Positions 19,631 through 34,239 of a stretch of 56,710 bases of DNA are shown here, one piece after another; position 1 is the first letter of the stretch, and each line of letters starts with the position of its first letter. A program made the translations under genes and the position numbers. This stretch comes from Macrostomum lignano. Its lineage: Eukaryota. The DNA is taken from the NCBI GenBank assembly GCA_002269645.1, contig NIVC01004175.1, forward strand, positions 1 to 56,710, written 5' to 3'. The notes beneath the pieces are model-generated. The model was given only the letters and a program-made list of their open reading frames with translations, ran no database searches and was not told the DNA's origin.

Positions 19631-22020
19631 GTACCTAAAATAATAGCCGTAGCAGCTATTAAATACTTTAATTAACTTTAATTAATTAGTAATACAGTAG
19701 CTAACAAATTCTTATTCTATAAATTCAGCCAAGCTGTTTACAAAGTAGTGCCTGTGTGGATAGAGGGTTCATTGTGCATATTTTAGCATTAAGGCCCATC
19801 TAGTCCAGCTAATCGGCAAAGCTTCATTGTTTAAAGCTTTTCAGCAGCATAGAGGAGGGGTAAGAGGAGGAGAAGGAAATGGAGCAGCCTAGAGCGCTTC
19901 TCTGGTACTGTTGCTGTGCTTGCCCCCGAGAGTCACATGCCTACGCACAGCTTCCCAGCAGAGGTTGGGAAGCTAAAACACAAGGCAGAAAACTACTCTA
20001 CAGTTTCTACAAGCCTGCATTAGAAATAATGGGAAGGCAAACAGAACGAGACGCAAAAAAAGAGAGAAGCTGGGTCTGTCAGCATTGGTGGATAAACAGC
20101 TAATGCATTAAAGGGAACATTTCAGTGCAAAGTAGCTCGCATGGGCAAACGATGCACACGAGGATTCTGCCTCATGGATGGTGTGGGTACATGGTAAATA
20201 GTAGCTCAATGTTTTCGTGATATCTATATGCTTTGTACTTAATACCCAACTTCCACAGCTCTGTTGCGCACCACAGTCTCCTTTATTGGCATCAGTCTGC
20301 TGATGATGGTTCTATCCAACGTTTTCGCCGTCTATTCGTTAAAGCATCCGCGTTATACGTTCAAGAGAGCAGCCGCGGCGCTGTACGGAATGACTAGTGA
20401 GTACCCTATATAAACACACTATGTCCAACATAATTCGCAATAAATCTGGGCCCACCGCGAGAGCATTTGTTTGCGGCTAGAAACAGAAAAATATAACATT
20501 TTTCCTTAGACTAAAAAAATATTCAAGGTAAACAGTAGCTTAGGTATCCTCTAGAATCGATGGTTCTTGTACAAAGGAGAGACGAAAGACACCGAATAAT
20601 AACAGAAGGACGCGAAGATGTGACACGATGAAAAAGGTCGACTGGGGACAGTCCAAGCGGTGGGCTGGGAAAGGGAGGAAAAACAAGCTGGCATTCAGCA
20701 GCAGCAGCTGGGGTGTCATCACTTTCCGTTGCGCTTGACTGGCGATGCAGCCAGTTGGACCGAGTGCCAAGCTGCAGTTATACTGCTGTCTATATTCAAG
20801 ATATCGTGGCTCCGCTGTGAGGTCGATTTTTCATTGGGATGACCTTAAAAGCCGCGTCTACTTTGCACAAACTGCCGCTTACCGGGGTCTCCTGACACAT
20901 CTTAATATTTGTGTACCGCATCGCTTCAATCTGATTTTCGTGTTGTACCTTGGCATTCCCAAAGAGCCTTACAGCAATCTTGTTTAGAAATCATTCTCCG
21001 AATTTTAGCTTCACTATTCTTAGAATTTTCTCAGGAATCCAAGCTAATCTGATTCAAATCATATCTCAACAATTTTTACGTTAAGGTCTTAAATGTTTTT
21101 ATGACTTCCCTTTGGTCTGATTTGTAGATTACCGATCGTAATCGTTTCGAATTTCCTTTGCTATTCGTCACACAAAAATGTGATTTTTCAACCGAAGCTT
21201 GCTTTTGTTCATTATTTTTCCTCTACCTTACCTTGCATTCAAGAGTAAGACGATGCTCTAGCTCAGCGGCAATGCGCCTGAATCGCTCCAGAGTAACCTC
21301 CAGAGTGTTCGATTTTTGTTTATCACGCATTTGCTTCTAGGTGGAAAAAAATTAGTTAGCAAAATTTTCTTTTAGCTGTAAAATTTACGACCTCGTACGA
21401 TCCGCTCAGCAAGCATAGCCCACCCGAAAGCTTTGATTTAAACTCTGTAAGCGTCGCAAACTAAAGAAGAAACAGCAATTTAAGTATCAAAAACGCAGTT
21501 AATCTCTTGGCACATGCCAGCCATCTACGCCAGTTCCCTACCTCTCTCTGTCACTCTCCCTTGATAGAAAATGTCATTCGTCCATACCGCCCTAAAGGCT
21601 GGTGGTTGAAGATGCCCGGCATAATATATGCAAGAAAATACGCAGCACTTCACTGCGGACTGATGTAGACGGACGGCATCGAGGCACAGTTGGTCCGGGT
21701 TCCCACAACCAAATCCTCTATTTCTCTCCCCTCGCCTCCCAATGACGTCCAGTTCAGTGTCCTGCGACACAGCTGATACACTTTAACATTAGGATATTCA
21801 AGGAATCCCAGTTGCATATCCAGTGTACTTTCACTGAAGCTTTAGTTAGAATGTAAAAATGTTGCTCTTTAGAGCGATTTGATTGATGCTTTACGGAGAA
21901 TGCAAATCGTGCAGCTCAAAGACAAACGATGCATTAAGTACTACCGTGACAAAGTAAACGCTTTGCTATATGCCAATCAAAACCCCACCATTATCATACG
22001 CGCAGTGGCCTGCCTAATAG

Positions 22021-22343
22021 TCTGCGTAGATGTGTACACCCGGATGCTTCGCATGGAGAGATCAGAGAAGAAGCTGATCAGATTCCCGCGTCAGGGCGCT
22101 CTGGCTAGCGGCCTAGACGACAAGACAGTTGGCGGCACCGAGGATCCCCAGCGGATCAGCGTGCTGGTCGAGGTCAAGGCGTGGTCCTACAGCTACAGTC
22201 TCATAGTGGTTATCCTCTCAGCTGTGGCTAACGGCATGGCAGGCATTCTATTCTTCCTCTACAGCAAGAAGCTCAAGGGATCCAGAGCGCCAAATCAGAA
22301 GGTCGCGGAGGCCAACGAGGAATTCCTGATTGGTCGAGTCTGA
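22021..22343 (+). CDS. Probable 3' exon of a host membrane protein (claudin/PMP22-like last helix); 5' boundary approximate
   Basis: GC-rich open frame with TM segment AWSYSYSLIVVILSAVANGMAGILFFLYSKK ending EEFLIGRV*. Upstream exons not identified. Confidence 0.4.
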
Positions 22344-25300
22344 CTGCACCTGCTAAGACTTTGCTGCTCAGCTTACGGATAAAGGATAGGATATGGTAGG
22401 TTGCTACTTGAGGCAGATTGTCAGTGGCTACAATAACATCACTTTCATAAATTATTAATCCACCAGTTTCTTTATTCCATGCCGCAGATCTGCCTCCTGT
22501 CACAGAGAAGTCCAACGAGTGCCCGACTCAAACATAAAAAATCCGCCAACAGTTGAAAACAGGAAGCTCAACTGCATAGAATTGAGAATAGCGGCTGAGC
22601 AAAGCGCTTGAGTTGTTTCTCAACTGGCTTACATTTAATCTAAAATATGAAATTTGTATTCAACAACACGCGCTTGTGTGCGCGACTGCTTTTTTGCACC
22701 ACTTGCTTGTAATTTTCTATCTTGAATAATTATGCTACTTCTTATCCAAAGCATGCATGCCCCAACCTGTGTGTCGATACACATAGCCTCCTGGTGCGTG
22801 AAACTTTAGAGCATTGGCCAAAAAATTTGTTTTAACTAGTCGGCTTGGATAGAAGGCTTGGCTGACTGTGACAGTAAAGTTTACGCTCGTATCTTATGCA
22901 TCGCATCAATGTTGAAAAGTCTTTAGTGGTACTAGCAGTCATTGGTCAAAATGAGCAGTGGATTATAAATATAGAAACTTCTTCCACATACCAAGCAAGT
23001 GCGAGCTGTTTACATGGGTCGATAAGTTTGGGAAACAAGCCAAAACGAGCGAACTACATTGGATAGGACGTATATTAATCCACTATATAAACCTAGTCGG
23101 CTATAACCCTATCTATCAAGCAACTTTTCATAAATAGCGAGGCACACTATCGTAACTATAAGCTAATTAGAACCAGAGAAACTGATCTATCAATTTTTGA
23201 GCACGTCTCTCTGCAATCGCGACCTCTATAAAAAATATACGTCAAGAAATACTAAAGATGATCTATGGCGGCTTTTAATGATAAGATACATATTTATCAT
23301 ATGAATACTGCAAATGAATGTATGATAAAAGAATCCTTTTCCACATTGCCATTATCTTTGCATGACTGTATAAAATTGTTTAGTATTCTATCCTACATAG
23401 CGCGTAACTGTACCCTTGCACAATCATCAGTGTTACTATCCTCGTCTATTGAGCTTTACCACATTGTTGAATAAAATTAAAAACCCGAAAATACAACCAT
23501 ACCGTTTTACCGTTTTACAGCGTACAACATTTAACTGGTTTGCGTCTTCACTTTAATGCGCGACTGAAAAAGAATTTTTTTAATTTTTGAAGAGATTGCA
23601 TCAAAGAAATTACCTGGCTGATGGGATATACCCAGAACTAAAAAGGTAAAACTACTCAAAGTTACAAGCATCACGCACATAACCACAGTTACTTTTTGAT
23701 TGAATTCATTCAACTTGCATACACCAGTCAAAAACTACCCCCCCAAGGCCATCGAAAAATACCGATAGCATTAATTTGCTAACGATAGATTTAATTAAGG
23801 CTGGCAGGCAGGCACACGAGCCGAGCTCGATGGGACTTCGAGGCTTGGCAGTCGCAGGTTCGATCGGAACTAATTGGGGCGAAAGCACCGGGCGTGCTCA
23901 CGGCAGAGCAGCAGGGCTTGAGCGCTGAGTGAGTAGGTAAATCCTCCCCTGAGAGTTGCTGCTGCCAGCCAGAGAGGAGAAGCCAAGGATTTCAGATGGG
24001 ACGAAGCATCATGGGATTTTAGACATGGGATAAAGCAGAAAAGTGAAATCTCACACCAAACCAGAGGCCTAATTTTTTGGACCAGACTAGTCAGCCAGGA
24101 CTCTGAGGTGAACATCGACTCTCAAAGAGATCTTAAGCTCTGAAGAAAAAGAAAAGAGAGTTGAGAAGAGACACAAACCTTGAGCGCGCCGGATTGCTAT
24201 TGTGAAGCTTTAAAGGACCAGAGGGTCGGATAGAGAGGCTTCACGGGCTGCATGTGGCCCCTGCATTAGAGTGTTAAATTACGAAGTGTTGAAACTAATC
24301 GGATTATTATAAAGATGATTGCACCAGCGGTCTTGGGATAATATCAGTTCCCCTGTTCAGGTACGCTTATACACCTCTGAAAGTTTATAGCTTAACCTCA
24401 ACCAAAAAAGCTGTTTAAGTAGAAGGTAAATTACTTTAAAAGTGCCCTCTGATAAAGATGTCCACAGAATAAACATTTAATGTTGAATTGAATAGCACAA
24501 AATCAAATGCTTCTACTCAAAGTAGCCCGTATTGCCATCAAAATTGCAAGGCCAATTAAATAAAACTTGAAAACTTGGTTTAAAGTATCCCTTTTAATTT
24601 AAAAAATTACTTACTTAATCGCACAACGCACTACCGAATAGAAAATGCCATAGGTTATTTACAGGGTGAACTCGTATCTATAATATCTACATGGCATTTC
24701 AGATAATAATTTCATCTTTCCTAAGATAGCCAGTTATCTAGGACAAAGAAACTGCAAAATAAAAAACCCAGAAACGATTTTTCTCCATGGAAATTGCCGA
24801 TTTTTCTGTGTTCCAAGTAAAATTGGCAATAAAATAATTTATTATTAATAAATTTTATAATAGAGGCATTAAAAGTCAATCAACCAAACTAGACGGGACA
24901 ACAATAGACAGATTAATAAATAATATTTTTGCGCAACCACTACAATTAGCAAAGTCTCCGAGCACTGCACCGACTGTTCTGGAACGAATTTCAGAAAAGA
25001 AATTCTGCAGCGATGCCTGCGTGAGAGTTGAGAGTTGAGAAGCAAACAGAATGACAGACAGAGCACACGTTGCAGCGCATTAAAGCTATAACATAAAATT
25101 GAAATAAAGCTGTGTGGAATAGCATGAAAACCGTGTGCGCTGTGTTTGCATTCTGGCCGAAGACAGTCACGGCCGGACACAAAGAAGACACCTGTCAGTA
25201 CGGAATTAAGTCGACACTCGAGCCGCTACACAGAGCGCAATGGAAAAGGAAAGAAACATCCAAAAAAGGAAAAGAAGGCGGACCAGGAAAGCTTTTTCTT

Positions 25301-25760
25301 GCCTTCGCAAAACGAATTGGCAGGAGTAATTTCTTCGAAGTAGTTTAACGATAATTTTTGTTCATTGCATTAAATAGTATAATAAAATCATATATTGGTT
25401 GAATCGATTTCAACGACAAAACAAAAGATACAGTACAGAGACCGGCTTACGAATCCCAAAGGCCCCAGGCAGACTATATAGAATGGTCAAAGCTTCAGAG
25501 CTTCGCTGACAAATTCTCCCAAAACGACAAAACAAAAGGAAATAAATCAGAACGTCAAGACTAAAGCTTTCACAAATACAAATAACATCTAATGACTATT
25601 ATTTTCTGGAATTCCAAAACAGCCAAACAGAATAAGTACAGTACAAAACTTATTGTGATGTCCCATGTCCTAAAATTTGAAAAAAAATGCTAGCAAAACA
25701 AACAGAAAAGTCAGTTCAATGAATTTCTGTTAACTCTATTCGATGCAGTTCGAATTTCCT

Positions 25761-25997
25761 TCATCGAGCTTTCTTGACCTGGGCGGGCTGGCCGCCTTTC
25801 TTGGCCATCTCCTTCTCCCTGCGCTGCTGCTTGAGCTTGCGCTTACTCTCGGCCGCCTCCCGCTTATCCTTGTGGTGCTTATAGAAGCGATAGCCGAAGA
25901 ACATCATCAGGGCCACGACTACCATGGCTGGCAAAATGAAAATGGCATTGTCAATGCCCTCCTTGACCGGGCTCTTCGGATTGTTCAGGTCCACCAT
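25761..25997 (-). CDS. Host small single-pass membrane protein, 78 aa
   Basis: MVDLNNPK...AIFILPAMVVVALMMFFGY then a K/R/E-rich tail; GC3-rich codons; TTTCCAG acceptor ~20 nt upstream of the ATG. Confidence 0.7.
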   Translation of the reverse strand: MVDLNNPKSPVKEGIDNAIFILPAMVVVALMMFFGYRFYKHHKDKREAAESKRKLKQQRREKEMAKKGGQPAQVKKAR

Positions 25998-26066
25998 TCG
26001 CGAGCCGATACGGGGAGCTGGAAATGACAAAATCAATTGAGATTCAAACACAGGGGGCCTTTCGTA

Positions 26067-26346
26067 GGGATTTTAGCCTAGTGGTCAGAGCGTCGGACTC
26101 ACGAATAAAAGGTCGGAGGTTCGATTCTCGACACACTCTGAACAATTCGTGTCCTTGAGCAAGATACTTAACTCTGCATTGCTTCAGTTCACCCAGCTGT
26201 AAAATGGGTGCCAGCATTAGCTGGGGCAATTGAGGTGTGTGTGGCGACCCCCCCCCCCAGTCGTTGGACTGAACAGCCGTACGCAGCCTTCAGATGCACC
26301 GCGCAATAGCTGCGGCTGAGCTGTCGGTTGCGCATCTGCCCATTAG
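26067..26346 (+). mobile_element. Second copy of the tRNA-derived SINE
   Basis: TAGCCTAGTGG / GGTTCGATTC boxes; body closely similar to the 19356-19630 copy. Confidence 0.85.
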
Positions 26347-29300
26347 GGCAGGTGTAATTAAAAAGTCCTTTCCTATCACACACTGCGTCTTAATGGTTGG
26401 ACCTTGCTTGAAAGTTAAATGTCACCACTGAGCTACTTTATAAGGCGAGTCAGATAGTAACTCTTGAAGCTGTATTGTACCATGAATATTTTCAAAAAGA
26501 AAATGAAAGATGTAGTATAGAACATTTTTTCAAAACTATATTTGTAATTTTCTAGGGTCAACCAGCAGAACATAGATTGGGAGAAATTTGCATACTGATA
26601 ATGTATTTATGACTATATACTGACCATTAGCTTAACTATTAATCATGGACTAAAGGTAAATAAGAAAAGCTTGGAATCAAACTATGAAATGTGTCTAAAC
26701 TTGTGCACAAATGTAGTGAAGCAAAGTTGTGCCCAAAAAATAGTTATAAAACTTAACATTCAGGGCATTTTCACGACCTAAGCTAAGCAAGTTTATTTGC
26801 AATGCAAAGAAAAGTGAGAGGGCAGCAGTGTGATATACCTAAGAATAGTAAACAGGCCAGTGTGTGTAAACAGAGCCTATGCCTGGCCTGGTTTTTTTTA
26901 AGGTTGGAAATCCAGTTGCCAGCTGGCCCTTGGGGCTCAAAATCCAGTTGCCAATGGCTATTTTTGGTTGCCCATTGGCAACTAGCCAAATTCTTGAGGA
27001 TAAATATTTCCAAGACACTAAATTTTGAGTAACATGTACATATTGTACTAACAATAACAAACTAACAATTCCATCATATCATATCAATTCTTTTTGGCGC
27101 TTTTTTACACTTACAAAAACAATTTTTGAAATTGGCAACTGGCACGGGGAAAATGAAGTTGCCAGATTGGCCTCTGATGCCTAAAATCCAGTTGCCAATG
27201 GCTTTTTTGGGTAGCCGGTGGCTACCGTATGGCCTAAAAAAATCCAGTGCCTGGCAATTTGATAACCACATCTAGCACAAGTAGGGTAGGCACAACAGGA
27301 TGGTGCAACATGCAGACCACCCAAAAGAAGATGATGCAGAAGGACAAGGAAGTGCAAGGAGATGAGGAGAGATAAGATTAATAAATGAGTTTGGTGTCCA
27401 TTTAAATCCTGGGAACATTATTGGTAGTTACTACAATTGGCAAAGTGTATATATATTATGTTAATCTTCATTCATTTAATTTCCAAGGGGACCCAGAGTC
27501 CATTAATTCTAATGCAAACCCAGAGTAGGCTATACAGATTTTTATTATACTTTTCTATAAATATACTAGCCTAGGTACCTAGAAAAATAAAATTATTTAC
27601 ATCACTAGTCATTTAAGAGCATCTAGATTCTTACTATCCTAGATCTTAGGAAATATAAGTATTTCTATCTTTAAAGATAAAAAATAATTGTCAATTAGTA
27701 ACAAAAAATGGGTGCAACTGACAATCATATCAGAGTTGTGGCAGAGCTATAACTGTTCTAAAACTTTGTTATATGTTTTGGTTTCAGACACAACAATATG
27801 CTAATTACATAATTGTGTCATACTATGAAAAATGATGGTTGGGGACAATTAAAAATGTGCCAATTAGTATAGCTGTGGCACAGTTGGCAGAACTATAGAT
27901 TTAGCTAATAAAGTTGTTTCTTGCCAGGTTGGAATAATTTCAATCCTCAAACTAAAAAATATTGGAACTCAAATTGCATAAAACCTACTTTTATTATTTA
28001 GGAAGAAACAAAAAACTAAGAACTTACTTTTATGATACTATATAGCAGGCCTACAAGGGTTGGCAAACTGTGGCCTATGGGCTATATGCAGCCTACAAAG
28101 CCTTTCTATCTAGCCCTCAAATCCTTTGCAATTTTAAAATAGCAATCTGGCTTACTCAAGGCTTATGTCTTTTCTTAAGCTTTTTTTATTATCTTTTTTC
28201 TCATTTTCTCATCTTTTTTCTTCCTTTCTTTTTTCTTTTTTCTTTTTTATCTCTTTTTTTTCTTTCTTATTTCATTTCATTTTTCTTTTTATCTTCTTTT
28301 CTTTTACTCTTTTGCCTTTCTTTTCTCCTATTTCTCTTCTCTATTCCCTATATTCTTTCTTTATTTCTAACCCACAGTCATGCACAAGGTTCTTTATTGG
28401 GTCTTTAATATAAAAAGTTTCCCAATCCCTATTATAAAGCTACATAGTTTGAGATCAAAGATCAAAGATCAAAGTTTGCCCATAGGCTTGTGTGCACTTG
28501 ACAACATTTACATTTTTTATTTGCTTTAATATATACTCTACTAGGATCTATAGGCTGGGGATTTAGAGACATCAGCTTTTCAAAAAATTAGATTATAAAA
28601 AAAATAATAAAAGTTATTCTTTGTAAAATAAATAAGATAATAGCTTTTAGTTTGAATTGCATATTGATTTTAGCCAATCAGTTTTATGCGTAAAATCTTA
28701 AGAATCTTATATAATAATCAATAAAAAAAAGATTTTAAATGGCATCAACAATTGAAAAATATTGCCTATATATTCTATATGTATTTATATAACATATATA
28801 ATAGGCCTTTTATATTTTGGTAATAAGCCATCTAGCCATTTCTATCAAAACTAGGATTTACATGCTAAAATTTCATCTGTTTTTGTAGCCAGGTTCCAAA
28901 AATTTAATGCTTGTTTTTTTTGTTTATTTTTCTATTTCTTACTTTTTAGGCCTAGTTTTTTTGTTTTTTTATTCTTGACTTAAGATAGTTTTTTCTTTTT
29001 ATGTTTTCTATATTTGATGCAGTGTGCTTTGTTTATAGTATAAGGCCTTTGAGTACAAGTAGTAAACATATTTGTGAAACATTTCCTAGGAATTACTGTA
29101 TTTGAATTTATGCGAAAAAGAAATTATAGGAGCCCAGAATGGGCCAGGAGAAGCTAACTTGGAACTTCCTCATTCACCGCAAATTGTGAGAATAATAGCC
29201 AATCTAGTTCTATAAAAATCTTATTTGCAAAACTTTTAAAGACTTATTTCTTTCTTAGAGTATAAAGCCCCAAATTGGGAGTATTATTAAAAGACCGCTG

Positions 29301-29458
29301 AAAAGCAAGAATTGCCTTAGGGCAGTAATCTCATAAATTGTATAGTCACCTTAGGGCAAGAGAAATCACCTCAGGGCAGGGAAATTGCTAAGGCTATGAC
29401 CCTCTGATCCAGGGAATGCCTAGGACTGAGAGAAAATATAGGAGTAAATAGAGCAGAC

Positions 29459-29755
29459 CATACATGCGCAACAGTCGGCCGAGTCGGCCGATCCGGCCGA
29501 CCGATTTGGCGGCCAACCAAGGAAGTCGCAAAAATGCCCACCCAAAAAAACGCAAAGTAGTAGTACTAAGTAGCTGACGAGGCATTTTGACTTAATAAGA
29601 CAGTCATAGTTACTCCTGCCGTTTACCCAAAGTTGCGTTAATTTTGCGTTAGGGTTTTTTTACATGTAAGTCGCATTTTTGGCCAAAAACTACGTCGCAT
29701 TTTTGTTAAAACTAAGTCGCATGGCCGACCGAATTTTGGAGGTTGCGCATGTATG
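29459..29755. mobile_element. MITE (hAT- or P-type), 297 bp
   Basis: 14-bp TIR CATACATGCGCAAC / GTTGCGCATGTATG; 8-bp TSD GAGCAGAC at 29451-58 and 29756-63. Confidence 0.85.
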
Positions 29756-31815
29756 GAGCAGACAGTGCCATTAGACTGCTCAGGACAAACAGTACAGTAC
29801 ATATACAGACGCTACCAATAAGATAAGTAGACACTACCAGTAGAATTAGATAGAAAAGCAGATATGGTACCAATAATAAGAGTACAAGTTTTCATGCAAA
29901 GGTAGGCCCCTACATCAATTAAATAGAAGGACAACTTTGGTGGCATTAGTAGACCTAGGATTTCTAGAGAGAGCCAAAAGGCTTATTACATATTATTTAT
30001 ATTTTCATTTATATTTTTATATACATAACAAAGACACAGCTTAAAATTCAAAATGGTTTGTAATAAAGAATTAGGCTAAGGCTAGGCCTATTTTTTATTT
30101 TTTTGTCAATTTTGAATGATTTATAGTACATAGACAATTTAGTTTGCCCAATAAAACAAACTTAGGTACAAAAGGCTAAAATATATTGGAATTCTTTTGT
30201 TTTACAATCCCTGAGCAGGTCAAGTTTTGTCTTACGATCCCCATTAAAAAAGAGTCGAAAAGACACTTTAGTTTAACAAAAAAGTATGTTTCACATTTAT
30301 TTTCCAAGAACAAAATCATTGCAACTCATTTTCCAGTCAACCTAATTCATCACTGCAACTCACTTTTCAGTCAACTTGAGGATCATTGGCGTAGCATTAG
30401 TTATGAAAGCACGTAGCTTATATTCAATTTTGTCATACGATCATTTAAATGGTAAAGTTATATGTAGATGATAGCTAGACGAAACCAAAAGAGCTTGTAG
30501 GTTTTGAATTACGATCACCACATTGGTAGAATTGTATTAGAGGGATATATGACGAAAGTGAATAGATTACACTCCTATAGGGACAGTGCTAGGTGATTGT
30601 AAAATGAAAGAATGCCAATATATCAATAAAAAACTTTTTTATTATCTTTATGATAATTTATAGGCCTATACTATTTAAAATATAACTGGATGCTTTAGTT
30701 TAATTATATAGTCTAGTAATAAAATAAGGAAAATCCTATCTTAGGCCTAGCAATTATAGTGTAGGCCTATACTAAAAATGGAGCATTATAAGCCTACATC
30801 TATATAAGTATAACTTTACAAAAATAAGAATACAAAACTAAAATTCTACTAGGGGCATATGCTAAATTTCAAATATTTTTGTATGTCCAAATTGGTATAT
30901 TAAAAATTGGAATACCAAAATTTGTAAGACAAATTTGAAGATCATTTGATATTTGTATAGGCCTATGTCTAAAAAATTTATAGAGGGCCTATAAAATACA
31001 CTTTAGAAATCTTATCTAACAAAGCTGACTAAAGGTTCTACAGTTAGGTTCATAAAAAGATATGAAACCTAACAACACGAATTAAACATGATGATATTAG
31101 GGCCTACTAATGATACAAATGGGTAGTATACTATTTAAGAGACTACCAGGGCAGGGCCTAAGGCTAAGGTAGCACTGTAGTAGCACATCACATCATCACA
31201 CCACTGATGATATGTAAGATTTGTTCCTTTTGAACTAGGCCTAGCGCCTAGCCACCCTTGGCCTTGGCATAGGCATAGTCTAGTCTAGCAAGGTTTTAGG
31301 CACTAATGAACTTCGGCACAGGAAGCTTGAGCCTTGAATTGGTGCATTCATTGGACACACGGCAACAAGAAATTACTATTTAATGTTTCTACTTAATTAA
31401 TTTTAACATTAAATATCCTTTTTATGTAATATAATATATGTGGAAGGTCTTTACAAAATACAAAAACAGAAAATTTAACTTTCTATACAATTTCAAATCC
31501 TCGCGCATTTTCTAGAAAAATTTTTTGTTTAAAATGATCCTTAAAAGTATAAAACTAAAAGACGCGAATTTTAAGCAGGAGAGAGCTATACTCTTTCAAT
31601 TCCGTTTAAAGTTTCTAAACCTGGCAGTCCCACAAAAGCAAATTTGTTAGTGAAAAGCAAAAGCAAAATCAGTGAATTCTGAATGAATATTTGAAACTTC
31701 CATCCGACTAAGTTAATTTTCTGAGAGCAAAGTAGAAGGGTATGTACCGTATATACTACTAATAAGTAGAACAAATCAGAATGAAACAAAATAGATCTCG
31801 GATTACATACAGAAT

Positions 31816-32250
31816 GGGTCTATGAGAATTCCCCACAGGAAGCTTTCCCGCGCGAGATTTCCCCGCCGAGATTTTAACGCGGCGAGGTTTTCCTGAAGGA
31901 TTTTTTTCTTGCCGAGTTTCTCCCGCGGGTTTTTCCTGTCGGAATTTCAAGTCAAATCCGATCGGATTTGAAATCTATAGTCTAGTCTAGTTCTAATCTT
32001 AGTCTAGTTTTTATCTAGTCTAGTTTATGTCTAGTCTAGCCTAGCCTAGTCTAGTCTAGTCTAGGCTATTTCTAATCTAGTCCAGCAAATTGTCTATAGA
32101 CTGGATTTGACTTGAAATTCCGACTGTAAAAACCCTGCGGTAATGGAAAACCCCGGCGGGAAAAACTCTCGAGGGAAAACCTCGCCGCGGGGAAATCTCG
32201 GCGGGGAAATCTCGGCGGGAAAACTTCCTGCGGGAAATTCTCGTGCTCCC
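31816..32250. mobile_element. Foldback/MITE-like element with ~140-bp imperfect internally repetitive inverted arms and a central (TCTAG)n tract
   Basis: GAGAATT..TTTCCCCGCCGAGATTT..TTTCAAGTCAAATCC vs GGATTTGACTTGAAA..AAATCTCGGCGGGGAAA..AATTCTC; no clear TSD. Confidence 0.6.
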
Positions 32251-33139
32251 TACAGAATACCGAAGGCCGTGACCCTCTGATCCTGGGAACACCCAGGACT
32301 GGAAGAGATATATACATGCAATACATACTAGTAACAGTATACCGCTCAGTCCTACAAGTAATGCTACGTACAGAGTAAGAACGCTACCAGCACAGAATTA
32401 TAACACTACCAGTACGAGGTAAGAAATATGCTCAGAGATATATTCATATTTGACCTATCCATCTCTCAGAATAATATTCAGATTTATTCTAAGACCTATG
32501 CTCAGAGGTTAATGATTAGTCTACTACAACTTTGGGTGACTGCGATTTTGACAGAAAAGAGCCCTTTAACACTGGTGGCATTTGGTGAAGATAAGTCAGA
32601 GCCGAGAAGCATATACCACTATTACAACTTTAGCATCATCATCAGTTAAATCAATAAGATGATGGAACCCCTTTGACAACATTGATGGCATTCGTGATAT
32701 TAGAACAACCCTCGTTATAATTTGGTGACAGCGATTGAGATTAAAGAGAGACTCGTTAACCCCTTGATAATTGACAAATACAATTAGGCTAATTTACAGT
32801 TTTTCAACGATAAAACAAATAGATGTTTGTCTAACCGCCTACAGTCAGCAATGTTTTCCAGGAAAATTTTGCGTGTGATTCAAAGGCGTAAGTGTAAACT
32901 CGTTCAAACGTCACCATTATTTAGCAAGGCTTTGAATTTATACGCAAAATTTTTCATGAAAACATGTATTTATTCGAGTACTGGGTCTATTCGAGCACAT
33001 TGGATAACGCACATGAACGAGCGTACGAGCTACATATACACAATTCTGCATAAAAATCGCTAAGAACATTTTTTACTCCGGACAGGGGCGTCGCCATGGA
33101 TTTTATATGGTGGGGGGACAAAGCCAACAGTTATACATG

Positions 33140-34107
33140 TGTTGTATCCCCCTTCCTCGCTGGCACGGCCGGGTTGGGTGACGGGTAGCGGTGTCGGGGT
33201 TCGGGTACTGGACTGCCCAGGGCTTACGAGCTCGATCGGCGACCCCGAGGCGTACGGACACTTCGGGGGGAGGTCAAGGTTGAGAAGTCGAGAGAGAGGG
33301 GAGGGGCGGCTGTGGGCGGGCGGCCACTCGACAGCCTGGTGAGTCAAGGAAGAGAGAGAGAGGGCTGCGGGCGGTCGGCCACTCGACAGCCTGGTGAGTC
33401 AAGGAAAAGAGAGAGGGCTGTGGGCGGGCGGCCACTCGACAGCCTGGTGAGTCAAGGAAGAGAGAGAGGGCTGCGGGCGGTCGGCCACTCGACAGCCTGG
33501 TGAGTCCGACTGAGGAGAGAGTGAGAGAGAGAGAGATCAGGAGAGCGACCCCGAGGAACACAGGCAATTGTCTCGACAGCTTACCGGGCCGGGTCAATTA
33601 TAGCACTCATACACGGGAAGGCCGATCGATTGCAATAAATTGAGTCTTCGCAGTAAGAGACCGTCTTTACGGTTGATCGCTGGTCACGTTCGTTTATTTA
33701 TCGCGGTGGGCGCAAATGGGCGCAGGCACGGTGAGAAAAGGGGCGGGGTCTGAGCGTCGCCTTAAATAACGAGTAAAAAGGGGCAGGGGCGCAAACAAGG
33801 GGGGGGGAGAAAGGGCTTAAGCAATGGAGCTGATTGACAGCTGATTGGCTGCGGCGAGGGGAGGGTGGAAGCGCGCACGGCCAGGGAGAGAGAGAGAGAG
33901 AGCAGAGGCCCAGCCAATCAGCACGGCTAGCCAAAGGGCTAAACAGCCAAGGCGAGAGAGAGAGAGAAAGAGAGCAGAGGCTCAGCCAAAGGGCTCATAG
34001 CTCCAGACTGGCTTGAGCCGGGGGGGGGTAACAATAATCAACTACCAAAGTCAACAACTATCAAAGTGCACTTGCACCAGGGGAGCACTGTGACACAGGT
34101 CACAACA
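33140..34107 (-). repeat. 3' LTR (four CGGCCACTCGACAGCCTGGTGAGTC repeats, GA tracts)
   Basis: Direct repeat of 40477-41442. Confidence 0.95.
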
Positions 34108-34239
34108 CCCTCCCCCCAAAAAAAAAGAAAACGACGCGCTTTGACTGAATGAAAATGAAAAAAAAATGTAATGAAATGAAACTGAATGAAAGAGACCAAG
34201 AGTGTCAGGCAGCGGCCGAGAGCGCAGGACAGGGGCCGA

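Noticed and set aside
26760-27270. Recurrent AATCCAGTTGCCA motifs, direct and inverted
   Set aside because: Probably a degenerate non-autonomous transposon, but no TIR or TSD could be defined.
28070-28413. Phe/Leu/Ser-rich ORFs
   Set aside because: Poly-pyrimidine low-complexity tract.
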